From a virus (lineage: Duplodnaviria; Caudoviricetes): a stretch of 31,236 bases of DNA. The notes beneath the pieces were generated by a model. It saw only the letters and a list, made by a program, of their open reading frames with translations, had not been told where the DNA came from and did no database searches. The stretch covers positions 1-31,236 of IMG/VR virus record IMGVR_UViG_3300017646_000009. One strand, written 5' to 3'. Below are positions 6,018 to 15,835 of this stretch, in pieces. Each line of letters opens with the position of its first letter. Position 1 is the first letter of the stretch. Both the position numbers and the translations under genes were made by a program.

Positions 6018-9000
6018 CTATCTCTTGAACTGAAGAGCGTTGAGGTAACGCTGTCCAACATCGCCCACAGTGCCGGAAGCGGCGTTGGACGATTGGATGC
6101 GAACCGAGTAAGTAAACGTCCCCGAGCCCGGCGTGTCTTGCCAAGGAACAGTGATGTACGGATACGTCGCATCGCCCCAGATCGTGTAGGTGCGCACCGC
6201 GAGTTGGGTCTCGCCACGATAGAACCCAACCTGGATATCACGCGCGACGTTGACCACGCCGTTGAAGCGCCCGGACCATGTGAAACTGACGACCCACCCG
6301 GACGATGACGTAACGGTGAGGGAATTGACCGTTGTCCAGCCGCCGCCAGAACCGGTGAAACCCACAGCGCCTCCGACATATGTGGATGACGCCTGGGTCG
6401 CGGCGTTCGCGGCGATCACATCGGTGATTACCACCCCGTTAACAAAGAGGTTTGAAGCGTTGATCGCCCCCGCGCTGATCTTGCCCGCGGTGATGGCGCC
6501 TGCGCTGATCGCATTGGCCGTCACGGACCCGGCAGCGAGAGCATTGGACGTGACGGAGTTGGCCAACAGCTTGTCGGCGGTGATCGCGCCGTCAACGATT
6601 AGGTCAGCGTTCTTGCGGCGGAACACTTGAACGTTGGTGAAAGCGAAGCGACCGGGCGAATCGTCGGTCGTGCGAACGACTTCTGCTCGCAAGAATGCGG
6701 CGCCGGCTGGTGCTGTCCAAGCGTATGAGTACTGACGCCAGACCACATTGGTGAAATTCTCATAGGTGATCGAGCCACCTATTTGAACCATGTCTGCATC
6801 ATACCAGCGGGCACGAATGCCGGCGCTGACAGTGCCGGAAGATGATCGAGCCCCTTGCATTGCAAAGAGAAATTCTTCGCCCGCCTTGACCGGGATAATC
6901 CCCCAATCCAAGCGGGTGCTAACGCTATCCATGCCGGCATAAACTGGCGTCGGCGAACTCTCACCAGAACCACCACCCTGCCCTCTATTATAGAGAACAG
7001 TGGTTCCTACGCCCATATTCCAACCAGCGAGACCTTGAGCAAAAGTCCCGTTGAGAATCAAATTCTCAAAATCCGTGAGGATTAATTCACGAGCGGTAAT
7101 AGTGTTTGCAACGAATTTGTCGCCAGTGATCGTGTTACCAGCGATCTTATCACCGGTGATTGTTCCGCCCTGAATCTTAACGCCAGTGATGGCGTTAGCT
7201 TGAACCTTGTCGGCAGTAACCGCATTGGTAGCAATGGCGTTTGCTGTAACCGATCCCGCCGCGAGCGCATTTGTGGTAACGGAATCGGCTGCTAAATGAT
7301 TGGCCGTGATTGCTCCGTCAACAATCAAGTTTGCAGCATTCCTCCGCAAAACTACAACCCCACGGATCAGCCGTGTCGAAGCTATATTGCTTAGAATTCG
7401 GACGGTGCCATATACTTCCGTAGAAGCGGGGCGTGTTCCGGTAACCTTGGTCCACGTATTTGCAGGAATGATTGCATCTGACACGGCAATGGTGGAGCTT
7501 GTCGTGCTTCCGTCACTAGCTCGGGCCAGTGACAACTGCATAATTGGTGTTCCGGCAGGGATAGCAACACTGCTATATACCATTGCTTCAGCATAGATCG
7601 TTTCGCCGGCTGCGATTTGAATAAAGTCGGATCGCAAATTAACATTTGTTGAACGATCACGTTTATAGGCAACACCGATATTTACATTAGTATTATTCAC
7701 AATGCGCAATGCGCTGCTATTCTCAAGGTCTGGAACGGCTGATCCGGTAATTGTATCAATAATTTCGCCCGGTCCGGGAGCGGATGCACCGGCAGATGTG
7801 GAAATAACCCACGGGTCTAATCCAGCCTCAAAATTACTATTTTGAACAAGGTTTTGAGTATCAGTCAGAACCATTTCGCGGGCGGTAATCGTACCCGCAA
7901 CAATCTTATCGCCGGTGATCGTGTCGGCTGCGATTTTACTGGCAGTAATCGCGTTGGTGGCGATCTGATCGGCGGAAACAGCACCGGCCTGAATTTTGCC
8001 AGTCGTGATAGCATTTGCTGCGATCTTGTCGGCCGTGACAGCCAGGGCATCGAGCTTCGCGGTTGTGACAGCATTTGCACGCAGCTTGGGCGTCGTGATG
8101 CTGTCATCAGCAATATCGGTTGCAACGATTTCGCCTGTTATATCGCTACCATCCACAGCCGCAGTGAACCCAGCAGCGCCGGCAGGCGACCCGGTGTGGC
8201 GATAGAGCTTTCCGTCAGTGGTCAGGTACACCATCCGACCGGCAAAATTGCCTGTCGTGGGCAGCGCAGACAGAATTTCGACCGGGCGGATACCCGACGC
8301 AAACTTGGTAGCGGTGATGGTCTCGTTCGCGATCTTGCTCGCCGTGACCGCCGCGTCCGCCAGTTTATCGCCGTTGACAGCGCCGTTCTGGATTTTGGAA
8401 AGCGACACCGACAAGTCCGCGAGCTTGTCGTTGAGGACCGCGCCCGCAGCGATCTTCGCGGCGCTGACCGCCTCATCCGCCAGCTTCAGTTCAGTGACCG
8501 CCTCATCCATGATCTTGGAAGAGGTAATGGCGGCATCGCGGATTTTGGCGGAGATGATGCTGTCGTCGAGGATGTCGAGTTCAGCATCGATCGGCACATC
8601 CGGAATCGTGATCTTGACCCAGTCCGTCCAGCCCGTTTCCCGCGCGCTAAAGGGGAGGTACCGGCCGCGCACCTCGACATGCAGGTTCGGGAAAAACACC
8701 GGGCTGGCAATGGGAAGATTCACGACACCGACCCGGTCGGCGGCATAGGAAAACGGCTCACGGAAGAAGGGCTCGGTCACGCCCTCCTGGCGGATTTCCA
8801 CCATGACGGATTCGACATCGTCCATGGCCCCGCGGTAGTGCCCGAGAATGCCGGGGCGGCGGGAACGGTCCTCCGCGTCCTCGAAGATATAGGGCTCAAA
8901 GGTGATGTCGGTCGGCGCCTGGACGGGAGGAAACTCGACCTTGATCGAACCGACAGACCACGGCTGGCGTGCGCTCGAAGGCGGATCAAAATCGCCTGGA

Positions 9001-10448
9001 TCGATCTCGCGCAGCGTGATGGTCTGCACGAAGGTCCGGCGGCCGGACATTTCGAGGATTTCAAATGCCTTGCCGTTGTATCCCTCGGACAGGATCGTCC
9101 CGTCGATCACGTCGCCCGGCTCGAACAGCCAGGAGATCGGGTGGAACGAGGCCTGGAGCTGCCGGAAGCGCCGGCCATCTTCCAGATAGGTGAAGCCGAG
9201 GCGCTGCGCCTGCTCATTGAACCGGACAAACGGCAGGCTGAGCGAAGCCACCAGCTTCCGGTTGCCGTCAGCCGCGACATATTCCACCTTGCTCTGCACC
9301 GGGGCAGCATTGGGGCGCCACGCCTCGCTGGGCTCGGTATAGCTAACCTCGACCGTATTGTGGGTCTGCTCCAGCCCGGGAAAAGGCGTAATGGTGCGCG
9401 GCTCGGTGAGGAGCAGGTCATCGGCGGTGAACGCGAAGATCGACGCTCCCGGCGCGCCACAGCGCGGCTTGTAGCTCCCCGCGCTCTCGATCCAGCGCCC
9501 GGCGGAGGACTTGGCGACCTCCTCAAGAAAGACGGCCGGCTCCATATCGACGGTGACTTCGCCGCCGATCACGAATTGCCGCTGGTCGTTCCAGGCCGGC
9601 AACGTCCGGTCGGCCTCGTTCATAGCCGCGATCCAGGCCGAGGTCGGCAGGCGCAGCGCCGGCAGGTTCTGGAGGCCCCAGAGCCATTCATCGACCACAT
9701 AGACGCCCATGAACGCGACATTGTAGGCGATCACATAGGGGTTTTCGGTCCACTCCCAGGTGGTCTGGTCATTGCGGCGATGGGCGCCCGAGCCGCCCGC
9801 CGTCGAATCCTTGCGGAGATCGTAGCAGCGCAGCCCGCGCACCTCGAACAGCACGCCCGGCGTCGCGCCCTGCCACAGCTCGCGATTGTACCGCGTGGTG
9901 ACGATGGCATAGGCGGTGCCCTGCCCCACCATGTCTGCATCATAGGGGCGGTCCGGATGGTCTCCGAACTTGGCGCGCAGATAAGGGTCAGCAACGGTCT
10001 GGCGGCCGTCATGGAACTTGACCCAGAGATGATCCTTGCCGTCCTTCCGCCCCTGCGCGATCGGATAGCCATAGTCCGGATGCGCCTCATCCCAAAGGAT
10101 CGTGCCGGGCTCTCCATCGACCCGCACGCCTTCGTAGCCGTCCACGGGTGCATTGGCGATCTCCAGCACATCCACGAAGAACGCGTTCGGAGTTTCCCCG
10201 TCCTGCCCCCAGGTGCCCGCATAAGTCCGATGCCCGGCGGTCGCGCCCAGACCGACCATGAAGGAGAGCGGACTGTCCCCGCCCAGGCGGATCGAAAGCT
10301 CGACACCGGGATCCTTCTGGGCGGCGGGCTTTGGCGCCAGCGCCTGCGACAGCAGCGTTCCGCCGATATAAAGCGCAGTGCCGACCAGCAGTTCGGCCAA
10401 GAAGCCGCCGCCAAGAAGACCAGCAATTGGAGCTATAAGAGGTGGCAT
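6018..10448 (-). CDS. Tail tip / host-specificity protein (J-like) with 10-aa fibre repeats and two carbohydrate-binding-like modules
   Basis: N-terminal tail-hub region (YDLRKDSTAGGSGAHR..D..TWEWTENP), many [AS][IV]TxxK[IL] repeats, two NL..N..F..GL..W modules. Confidence 0.9.
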   Translation of the reverse strand: MPPLIAPIAGLLGGGFLAELLVGTALYIGGTLLSQALAPKPAAQKDPGVELSIRLGGDSPLSFMVGLGATAGHRTYAGTWGQDGETPNAFFVDVLEIANAPVDGYEGVRVDGEPGTILWDEAHPDYGYPIAQGRKDGKDHLWVKFHDGRQTVADPYLRAKFGDHPDRPYDADMVGQGTAYAIVTTRYNRELWQGATPGVLFEVRGLRCYDLRKDSTAGGSGAHRRNDQTTWEWTENPYVIAYNVAFMGVYVVDEWLWGLQNLPALRLPTSAWIAAMNEADRTLPAWNDQRQFVIGGEVTVDMEPAVFLEEVAKSSAGRWIESAGSYKPRCGAPGASIFAFTADDLLLTEPRTITPFPGLEQTHNTVEVSYTEPSEAWRPNAAPVQSKVEYVAADGNRKLVASLSLPFVRFNEQAQRLGFTYLEDGRRFRQLQASFHPISWLFEPGDVIDGTILSEGYNGKAFEILEMSGRRTFVQTITLREIDPGDFDPPSSARQPWSVGSIKVEFPPVQAPTDITFEPYIFEDAEDRSRRPGILGHYRGAMDDVESVMVEIRQEGVTEPFFREPFSYAADRVGVVNLPIASPVFFPNLHVEVRGRYLPFSARETGWTDWVKITIPDVPIDAELDILDDSIISAKIRDAAITSSKIMDEAVTELKLADEAVSAAKIAAGAVLNDKLADLSVSLSKIQNGAVNGDKLADAAVTASKIANETITATKFASGIRPVEILSALPTTGNFAGRMVYLTTDGKLYRHTGSPAGAAGFTAAVDGSDITGEIVATDIADDSITTPKLRANAVTTAKLDALAVTADKIAANAITTGKIQAGAVSADQIATNAITASKIAADTITGDKIVAGTITAREMVLTDTQNLVQNSNFEAGLDPWVISTSAGASAPGPGEIIDTITGSAVPDLENSSALRIVNNTNVNIGVAYKRDRSTNVNLRSDFIQIAAGETIYAEAMVYSSVAIPAGTPIMQLSLARASDGSTTSSTIAVSDAIIPANTWTKVTGTRPASTEVYGTVRILSNIASTRLIRGVVVLRRNAANLIVDGAITANHLAADSVTTNALAAGSVTANAIATNAVTADKVQANAITGVKIQGGTITGDKIAGNTITGDKFVANTITARELILTDFENLILNGTFAQGLAGWNMGVGTTVLYNRGQGGGSGESSPTPVYAGMDSVSTRLDWGIIPVKAGEEFLFAMQGARSSSGTVSAGIRARWYDADMVQIGGSITYENFTNVVWRQYSYAWTAPAGAAFLRAEVVRTTDDSPGRFAFTNVQVFRRKNADLIVDGAITADKLLANSVTSNALAAGSVTANAISAGAITAGKISAGAINASNLFVNGVVITDVIAANAATQASSTYVGGAVGFTGSGGGWTTVNSLTVTSSSGWVVSFTWSGRFNGVVNVARDIQVGFYRGETQLAVRTYTIWGDATYPYITVPWQDTPGSGTFTYSVRIQSSNAASGTVGDVGQRYLNALQFKR

Positions 10449-10451
10449 ATT

Positions 10452-10859
10452 CTAAACCTTGAAAGCGCGGGTCGCTTCCGCGCGGTCGCGGCTATCGATG
10501 CCCGTGGGCGTCACGACGAGCACGCGCTCGCCGTTGAGGATGCCAAGGGAGAAGCCGAAGGCGTCATCGGTCGGGATGGCCATCACGTCCCCGATCTGCG
10601 CCGCGACCGGGGCGACTGGCTCGAAGTGCAAGCCGGCAAATTCGGCCATGTCGGCCGCGCCGGCCCGCCTCATGATCCCGAGCGCGCCGCGCGCCGTCTT
10701 GTACCTGCCGCGGTGCCTGGCGCCATGGTCGATCCCGGTCATCGCATCGACCGCGCCCGCGACGAACAGCCAGCAATCCTGCGTGCCGAACGCGTATTGG
10801 ATGGCACGAACCTGCCGCACATAGTCACCCAGCCGCCTGCGCCAGTCTTCTTTCCGCAT
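10452..10859 (-). CDS. Tail-tip NlpC/P60-like (DUF6950-type) protein
   Basis: FGTQDCWLFVAGAVDAMTG, RGRY.T..GA, AQIGDV motifs; position before fibre gene. Confidence 0.8.
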   Translation of the reverse strand: MRKEDWRRRLGDYVRQVRAIQYAFGTQDCWLFVAGAVDAMTGIDHGARHRGRYKTARGALGIMRRAGAADMAEFAGLHFEPVAPVAAQIGDVMAIPTDDAFGFSLGILNGERVLVVTPTGIDSRDRAEATRAFKV

Positions 10860-11515
10860 CAGTTCTTCCTCTTGAATACGGAGCCCGCGGGTTCGCCCTC
10901 GGCCGTCTGGCCGAAAGGGATTTTCCAGTCCCCGGCCACGCCGATGTATTTGTGGAAGCCGTCGCCATTGCGCGTCCGTTGGTGCGCGTCGGACCGCTTG
11001 GCTGGATTGACGCGGGTCAATTGCCTTGTGTCGGAAACAAGATCAAAGCGGATGCCACCTTCGCCGCCAGCGGCGGGCACTTCTTTGGGGGCTCCGTTCA
11101 ACTCGCCAACGAATTCGAGCAAGGCGCTGACGAGCCCGCGTGTTTCCGGATCAAACATCGCCTGATAGACCGCCACCTGAGCCAGCCGCATGTCATGAGC
11201 AGTCCACATATCGAGCACGGTTTCATGCACCGCCGACATGGTGATCGACTTGCGCCTGATAGACAGATCCGAAGTGCGCGGCGTTTCACCCACATCGAGG
11301 ATGGCACCGCCGCCCACAAACGGATAACTGGCCGGGCTGCCGGTCCATGGGTTCGGCACGGTCGCCGTTACAGTGTCGTGCTCGGTCCAGAATGGGAACG
11401 TCTTGGATGCCCCGGCGAGGGTTTTGACCACCCAGACCGACATATCGGCCTCGATCAGGCCATGAGTATCCGCGCCGCTCAGAAGAGCGACGACATTGGG
11501 ATCAGTAGTGCGCAT
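10859..11515 (-). CDS. Minor tail / tail-tip protein (gpL / DUF2163-like position)
   Basis: C-terminal KRSDAHQRTRNGDGFHKYI..W motif; synteny. Confidence 0.75.
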   Translation of the reverse strand: MRTTDPNVVALLSGADTHGLIEADMSVWVVKTLAGASKTFPFWTEHDTVTATVPNPWTGSPASYPFVGGGAILDVGETPRTSDLSIRRKSITMSAVHETVLDMWTAHDMRLAQVAVYQAMFDPETRGLVSALLEFVGELNGAPKEVPAAGGEGGIRFDLVSDTRQLTRVNPAKRSDAHQRTRNGDGFHKYIGVAGDWKIPFGQTAEGEPAGSVFKRKN

Positions 11516-11518
11516 GGA

Positions 11519-12178
11519 TCAGAACAGCTTTTGAATGGCAGAGAAAACGAAACGCTGGTGCAACGGCCCGACCTGAACCGGGCGATAGGAGCCTGGGATC
11601 AGCTTTGCTCGCATCGTGGCAGGGGCGAGCAATACAGAGTCGTTCGCCACAACGCCGGATCGAATGAACGTCGAAAATTCCACCATCGGCGTGATCCCGT
11701 CCCCGTCAGCCGTAACCTTCGCGCTGGCGATGCGTAGGATATCACGACGCTTTGAACCCGATGGCCCGTAGGACACCGCCACCATGTCACCCCGGCTCAA
11801 GACGTACCCGGAAGGCAGGCCCTTGATGCGCGCTTCGCGGTTGTTGCTGGCGACGGAATGGATCGTCGGCGTGGCGCTTCCTAGAATCGTCCCGTCCTTA
11901 TCCTCGCGCGGCCCGATCTTGCGCGGGTTGGCGACGTAGAAGTCCCGGCCCGGCGCTTCGAGTAGTTCAAAGATTGCCGCCATTGCCTCAGCGTCGTCGT
12001 TCTTCATCGCTACCGTCTGGCCGTCGAACTTCCAGAGCGGCGAGGCGAGTTCAGCATTGAGCGGCTGTCCATTGCCAAGGCCGGACACCTGATCATTGCG
12101 CTGGAGCGTGAACGAGCCGTCCTCAAGGCCGATCAGGGCCATGAAGTCGGCAAAGGCGAGCGGGAAGGATAAGGCCAT
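11519..12178 (-). CDS. Distal tail protein (gpM/Dit-like position)
   Basis: TGATG overlap with tape-measure stop; GLPSGYVLSRGD motif. Confidence 0.75.
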   Translation of the reverse strand: MALSFPLAFADFMALIGLEDGSFTLQRNDQVSGLGNGQPLNAELASPLWKFDGQTVAMKNDDAEAMAAIFELLEAPGRDFYVANPRKIGPREDKDGTILGSATPTIHSVASNNREARIKGLPSGYVLSRGDMVAVSYGPSGSKRRDILRIASAKVTADGDGITPMVEFSTFIRSGVVANDSVLLAPATMRAKLIPGSYRPVQVGPLHQRFVFSAIQKLF

Positions 12179-14538
12179 CACCACCCCCCGTCCGCTGCAC
12201 GCGGATCATTCTGCATCTGCCGGAACTTGGCTTCTACCTTTGGCACCAAGGCCCCGTCGTATTCGCGGATGCCATCGGCAATAGCCCGGCCAAGCTGCTG
12301 CTCGTTCAAGCCCGATCCGTTGATTGTGATGTTCACGTCGCCGCCCCGGCTATTGTGGTTCTGGTTGGCTGGCCTTGTGTGATCGATCACCGTCTCATTC
12401 GGGTGCAGGATCGCCGTGAAGCCGCCCCTGCCATCAATCCCGCCAGATCGAGGGCCGTAACCGGTGAAGCCGCCGCCGTCGAAGGAAAACAGCCCAGCAA
12501 ACATGCCACCAATGCCGCCGCCCGTGCCGCCCCCGAACAGCATCATGAAGGCGTTGTTGATCAGCAACTGCCCCAAGCTCTTGAGCAGGTCGCCAATCGC
12601 CTGTCCCGCGTTCTTGGACCCGTCGATGATGCCCATGAACATGTTCGAGAAGCCCTGCGCCAGCGTGTTGTTGATATCGATGGCGAGCTGCTGTTGCTGC
12701 TGGAGTTGGCGGGCGCGTTCCTCGGCCAGCGCATAGGCATCCGCAAGGCCGTTGATTTCATCGATGAGGCCCGTAGTGATCGGAATGCCCGCTTCCTCGG
12801 CCGCCCGGAGTAGATCCATTGCGGTGTTGAACCGGGTAGCAGCGGTTTCGGAGAGGCCGAAGGTCAGGGCCTGCGTTTTAAGGGCGTCGATCTGATCGAG
12901 GATGGATTTAGTGGCCTGCTGGTAGGCGTTGAGCTGGCTGGAGCCGCCTGCGCTCGCAGAGCCTCCGCCACCGCCAAGGCCTCCATTTACGAGGGCTTGT
13001 AACTCGGAGAAAGATGCCCCGGCCCCGATGCCGTCCATGTTGGCGCCGGATGCAACGTTTACGAGGCGCTGCAACGCCTGCTCGGCCGCACCGAAGCCTT
13101 CATTCGCGAGTGCCCCGGCCTCCTCTCGCAGCTCTCGGGCGCGACCACGGAGATGCTCGATTGCTCCCGACGCTCCGTCTGCATCAATTCGGAGAGCGTC
13201 AAAGCCCAAAATGGTGTGGGTCTCGCCGTTTGGGTCAAATGGATTTCGCCATGTGATCCCACCGAGGCGATCCACGAAGCCATTCCAGTAACCTTCCAGC
13301 GACGCAAGCATCTCTAGGAAGTCGGCCTGCACATCATGCCAGACAGCATTGAGCCCCGAGGGGATCGCCTTCGCCGCCGTGACCATGCCGTCAAAAACTC
13401 CGGCCGCCACTTGGCCCAGGAGGGTGAACGCCTGTCCAACGCCGCCCGTTTTCTCTACCAAGTTCGTGAATTGATAAATCAGCTCACCGACCAAGATAAG
13501 CAACGCTCCAATCCCGAGGCGGATCAAGGTGGTACGCAAGAAAGCTAAGCTGACGGTTAAGCCGCCGGTGATCGCCGTAAGCGCTGCCGTCACGTTCGCG
13601 GCGGTCACGAAGGATGCAACCCAACCGATGGCGAAGTACGTTCCTAACGCCGTCGCATAGGCAAGCAGCCGGCCCAAATTGTCCGAGAGGAACCCAATCG
13701 CCGCAATAATCGGCTCGGTGGCGCCGAGAATAGCATCCGCCATGCCAAGCATTTGCTCCGCCACGCGACCAGATATGTTGTACGTCTGGTCCAGCACCCC
13801 GATCAGGGCGCCGAAGTTGGTCTGGATACGGACGATTGCGTCGCCAATGGTCGCGGGCATTTCCCCCGCTTCCTGACGAAGCTGCTCCAACGAGTTGATG
13901 AGCGCCGACACGATCACGCCGCCCGTGACCCGCCCTTGCTGGGCAAGCGCACGCAGGCCCGTTGTCGTGGTCCCAAGTTCGTCGGCGACGGCCTCAAGCA
14001 CACGAGGGGACCGGGACATGATTGTCTCGAACTCCATCGAACGAAGGCCGCCGATTGCGATGGATCGTGAGAGTGCGTTGAACACAACGTCCGCGTCCTG
14101 CCCCTTAATGGCAGTCGTCACCAGTGCGTGGTTCAACGCCTCCGTGAAGTCCGCAGCTTCAGTCGCATTCCGCCCAAGGTCATGGAGAACGGCGACGTTT
14201 CGTCCGAAAATCTCCACTGTCTGCGAGAGAGGCGAATACGATGCATTCGCGATCTCCACGATGCGCGACATCATCGCCGGCGCCGCTTCCATGTCCTTGA
14301 TTGCCGAGCCGACGCGCGATTGCATGTCGCTCCAGGCGTCAGCGTACCCGACCAGCGCTCGAATGCTGAACGCTGCCCCAAGCCCAGCCACGATGGGCGT
14401 AAGGAGCCGGAAGGCGGCGGACAGTGCGGAAGCAGAGCGCTCCGCACGTCCCGCGGCACGATCAAGGCCGTCAAGATCGCCGGTCGCGCGGATAACGCCA
14501 TTGCTCTCGACGCGGATGCCTAGAGACGCAACGTCCAT
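12178..14538 (-). CDS. Tail tape measure protein
   Basis: Ala/Gly-rich helical protein, N-terminal tape-measure domain, C-terminal FDGGGFTG..RSGGIDGRGGF.AILHPNETVIDHT. Confidence 0.93.
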   Translation of the reverse strand: MDVASLGIRVESNGVIRATGDLDGLDRAAGRAERSASALSAAFRLLTPIVAGLGAAFSIRALVGYADAWSDMQSRVGSAIKDMEAAPAMMSRIVEIANASYSPLSQTVEIFGRNVAVLHDLGRNATEAADFTEALNHALVTTAIKGQDADVVFNALSRSIAIGGLRSMEFETIMSRSPRVLEAVADELGTTTTGLRALAQQGRVTGGVIVSALINSLEQLRQEAGEMPATIGDAIVRIQTNFGALIGVLDQTYNISGRVAEQMLGMADAILGATEPIIAAIGFLSDNLGRLLAYATALGTYFAIGWVASFVTAANVTAALTAITGGLTVSLAFLRTTLIRLGIGALLILVGELIYQFTNLVEKTGGVGQAFTLLGQVAAGVFDGMVTAAKAIPSGLNAVWHDVQADFLEMLASLEGYWNGFVDRLGGITWRNPFDPNGETHTILGFDALRIDADGASGAIEHLRGRARELREEAGALANEGFGAAEQALQRLVNVASGANMDGIGAGASFSELQALVNGGLGGGGGSASAGGSSQLNAYQQATKSILDQIDALKTQALTFGLSETAATRFNTAMDLLRAAEEAGIPITTGLIDEINGLADAYALAEERARQLQQQQQLAIDINNTLAQGFSNMFMGIIDGSKNAGQAIGDLLKSLGQLLINNAFMMLFGGGTGGGIGGMFAGLFSFDGGGFTGYGPRSGGIDGRGGFTAILHPNETVIDHTRPANQNHNSRGGDVNITINGSGLNEQQLGRAIADGIREYDGALVPKVEAKFRQMQNDPRAADGGW

Positions 14539-14566
14539 TGGCTATGCTCCTGACATGCGTTAGCGT
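14538..14566 (+). promoter_or_regulatory. Putative sigma70 promoter of the 14593-15578 moron
   Basis: TTGGCT (14538-43), 17-nt spacer, TAGCGT (14561-66); overlaps tape-measure start codon and SD. Confidence 0.45.
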
Positions 14567-14592
14567 CCCAAGCCTCAATTGAGGGGGTTGCG

Positions 14593-14991
14593 ATGCGCTT
14601 TGCTCTATCGGTGGTTCTGTGTTTGGCGATCTCGCCAGGGTGGGCGTGCGACCGCGAACTTCTAACGGTTGAGAGTTGGTCCGCCCGCCAGTCAGAGCGC
14701 GGCGTTACTGGCTTTGTGGAACTCGATGTCGCCTACCAATTTAATGGCGATAGGCCCGTCCGAATGATCGATGGCCGAATTGCCTTCTACGATGTGCTAG
14801 ATGAGCTGATCGGCAGCGTCTTGATTGAGAGGGATCAAACTCTTGCTCCCGGCTCGACCGCACAGGAAACGCAACTCCTAACGTCCCGCGCGTCCCGCCT
14901 AGTCGTCATGGCTCACGAAGATGTCGTGACGAATACGTGCGTCGAGGCCGTGGTCTACGACGACGGCACGGTTGAGCGGTTCGACCGGTGA
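14593..14991 (+). CDS. Secreted/periplasmic moron protein
   Basis: Signal peptide MRFALSVVLCLAISPGWA; beta-rich body ending CVEAVVYDDGTVERF; GAGGGGG SD. Confidence 0.75.
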   Translation: MRFALSVVLCLAISPGWACDRELLTVESWSARQSERGVTGFVELDVAYQFNGDRPVRMIDGRIAFYDVLDELIGSVLIERDQTLAPGSTAQETQLLTSRASRLVVMAHEDVVTNTCVEAVVYDDGTVERFDR

Positions 14992-15578
14992 AATACTTGC
15001 CCTTCGTAGAGCGTTCGAATGCCAGACTTGGATACGTCAAGCCGGAGTATGCCCCCAAGCTTGCCATCCTAATGGAGGAGCATGAGGGGCAGCACCCGCA
15101 CCAGATTGCCCGAGTTTTTCGCCAGACCGGAACGCCTCTCTCGAAAGAAACCAAAAAACAGTTGGGCATCAGAGCTAACGCTGCGATGACCGGAGAAGCA
15201 CTGGACGCTCTCAGCCAGCGCGGCTTAAGCGAGCCGCTCAAAGGGCTGGAAGTCACACTGCTGGATGCCAGTTTTGCCTATTTTCGCCATCGGAGCGTTG
15301 CTTCGATAACGGGGAGCGGCATCGAAGAATACGCCACCTTCCGCATAAGCCGCGCATGGCCCGATTGCGCGGGCTGCGACAGGCTCGACGGAGCCGCGAT
15401 TGGCCCACATGAGCTCAACACGCTTCCTCCTGATGATTGCGGACGCGAGGCCTGCGCCCTCGGCGTATCTCCAAACGTCAACTACACAAAAATCGGTATC
15501 GACAAATACACGCGGCGGATCAGTGAAACCCCGCCTAAAAAGCGGTCTTGGCTAAGTCGACTTTTCTGCCCCACATAG
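14988..15578 (+). CDS. Hypothetical moron protein with CxxC...Cx4C motif
   Basis: GTGA overlap with upstream gene; DCAGCDRLDG...LPPDDCGREAC. Confidence 0.65.
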   Translation: MKYLPFVERSNARLGYVKPEYAPKLAILMEEHEGQHPHQIARVFRQTGTPLSKETKKQLGIRANAAMTGEALDALSQRGLSEPLKGLEVTLLDASFAYFRHRSVASITGSGIEEYATFRISRAWPDCAGCDRLDGAAIGPHELNTLPPDDCGREACALGVSPNVNYTKIGIDKYTRRISETPPKKRSWLSRLFCPT

Positions 15579-15601
15579 AAAAGCCCCGCCGAAGCGGGGC
15601 T
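15579..15601 (-). terminator. Intrinsic terminator with cUUCGg loop (may act in both directions)
   Basis: AGCCCCGC-TTCG-GCGGGGCT then TTT on - strand. Confidence 0.8.
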
Positions 15602-15621
15602 GGTGACCGGCACAGATGAGG

Positions 15622-15786
15622 TTAGGCGGCTTTGTCCGGCTCGGCCGGCTCGATCAAAGACCCTTCCGGCAGCGGAATCGCCATCGAGTAGCTGGAGTAA
15701 ATGCCGTCCTTTGTAACGGTGATCTGATTAAACTCGTCGGGAGGCAATTCGTGCAGAAGGCCGCCGGAGGATCGAAAAAGGCTCAC
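15622..15786 (-). pseudogene. Short ORF or gene remnant (...LHELPPDEFNQITVTKDGIYSSYSMAIPLPEGSLIEPAEPDKAA*)
   Basis: 54-codon open frame with protein-like composition between two terminators; no SD. Confidence 0.35.
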
Positions 15787-15810
15787 CGAAGCCGTTGAAG
15801 CTTTGGTGAG
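15775..15810 (-). terminator. Terminator of the DUF4747-TM cassette
   Basis: CTCACCAAAGC-TTCAACG-GCTTCGGTGAG then CCTTTTT on - strand. Confidence 0.6.
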
Positions 15811-15835
15811 GGACGCTGGCCTCTATCCGGCCGGG

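Noticed and set aside
6400-8560. 30-nt periodicity as a CRISPR or DNA tandem repeat
   Set aside because: It reflects 10-aa protein repeats with degenerate codons; no identical repeat-spacer pattern
6018-10448. DGR or invertible shufflon acting on the tail fibre
   Set aside because: No reverse transcriptase, adenine-specific TR/VR pair, invertase or inverted crossover sites seen; repeats are diverged at synonymous positions
7842-11165. 1107-aa + strand ORF
   Set aside because: Antisense shadow of the tail-tip genes caused by high-GC codon bias; no recognisable motifs
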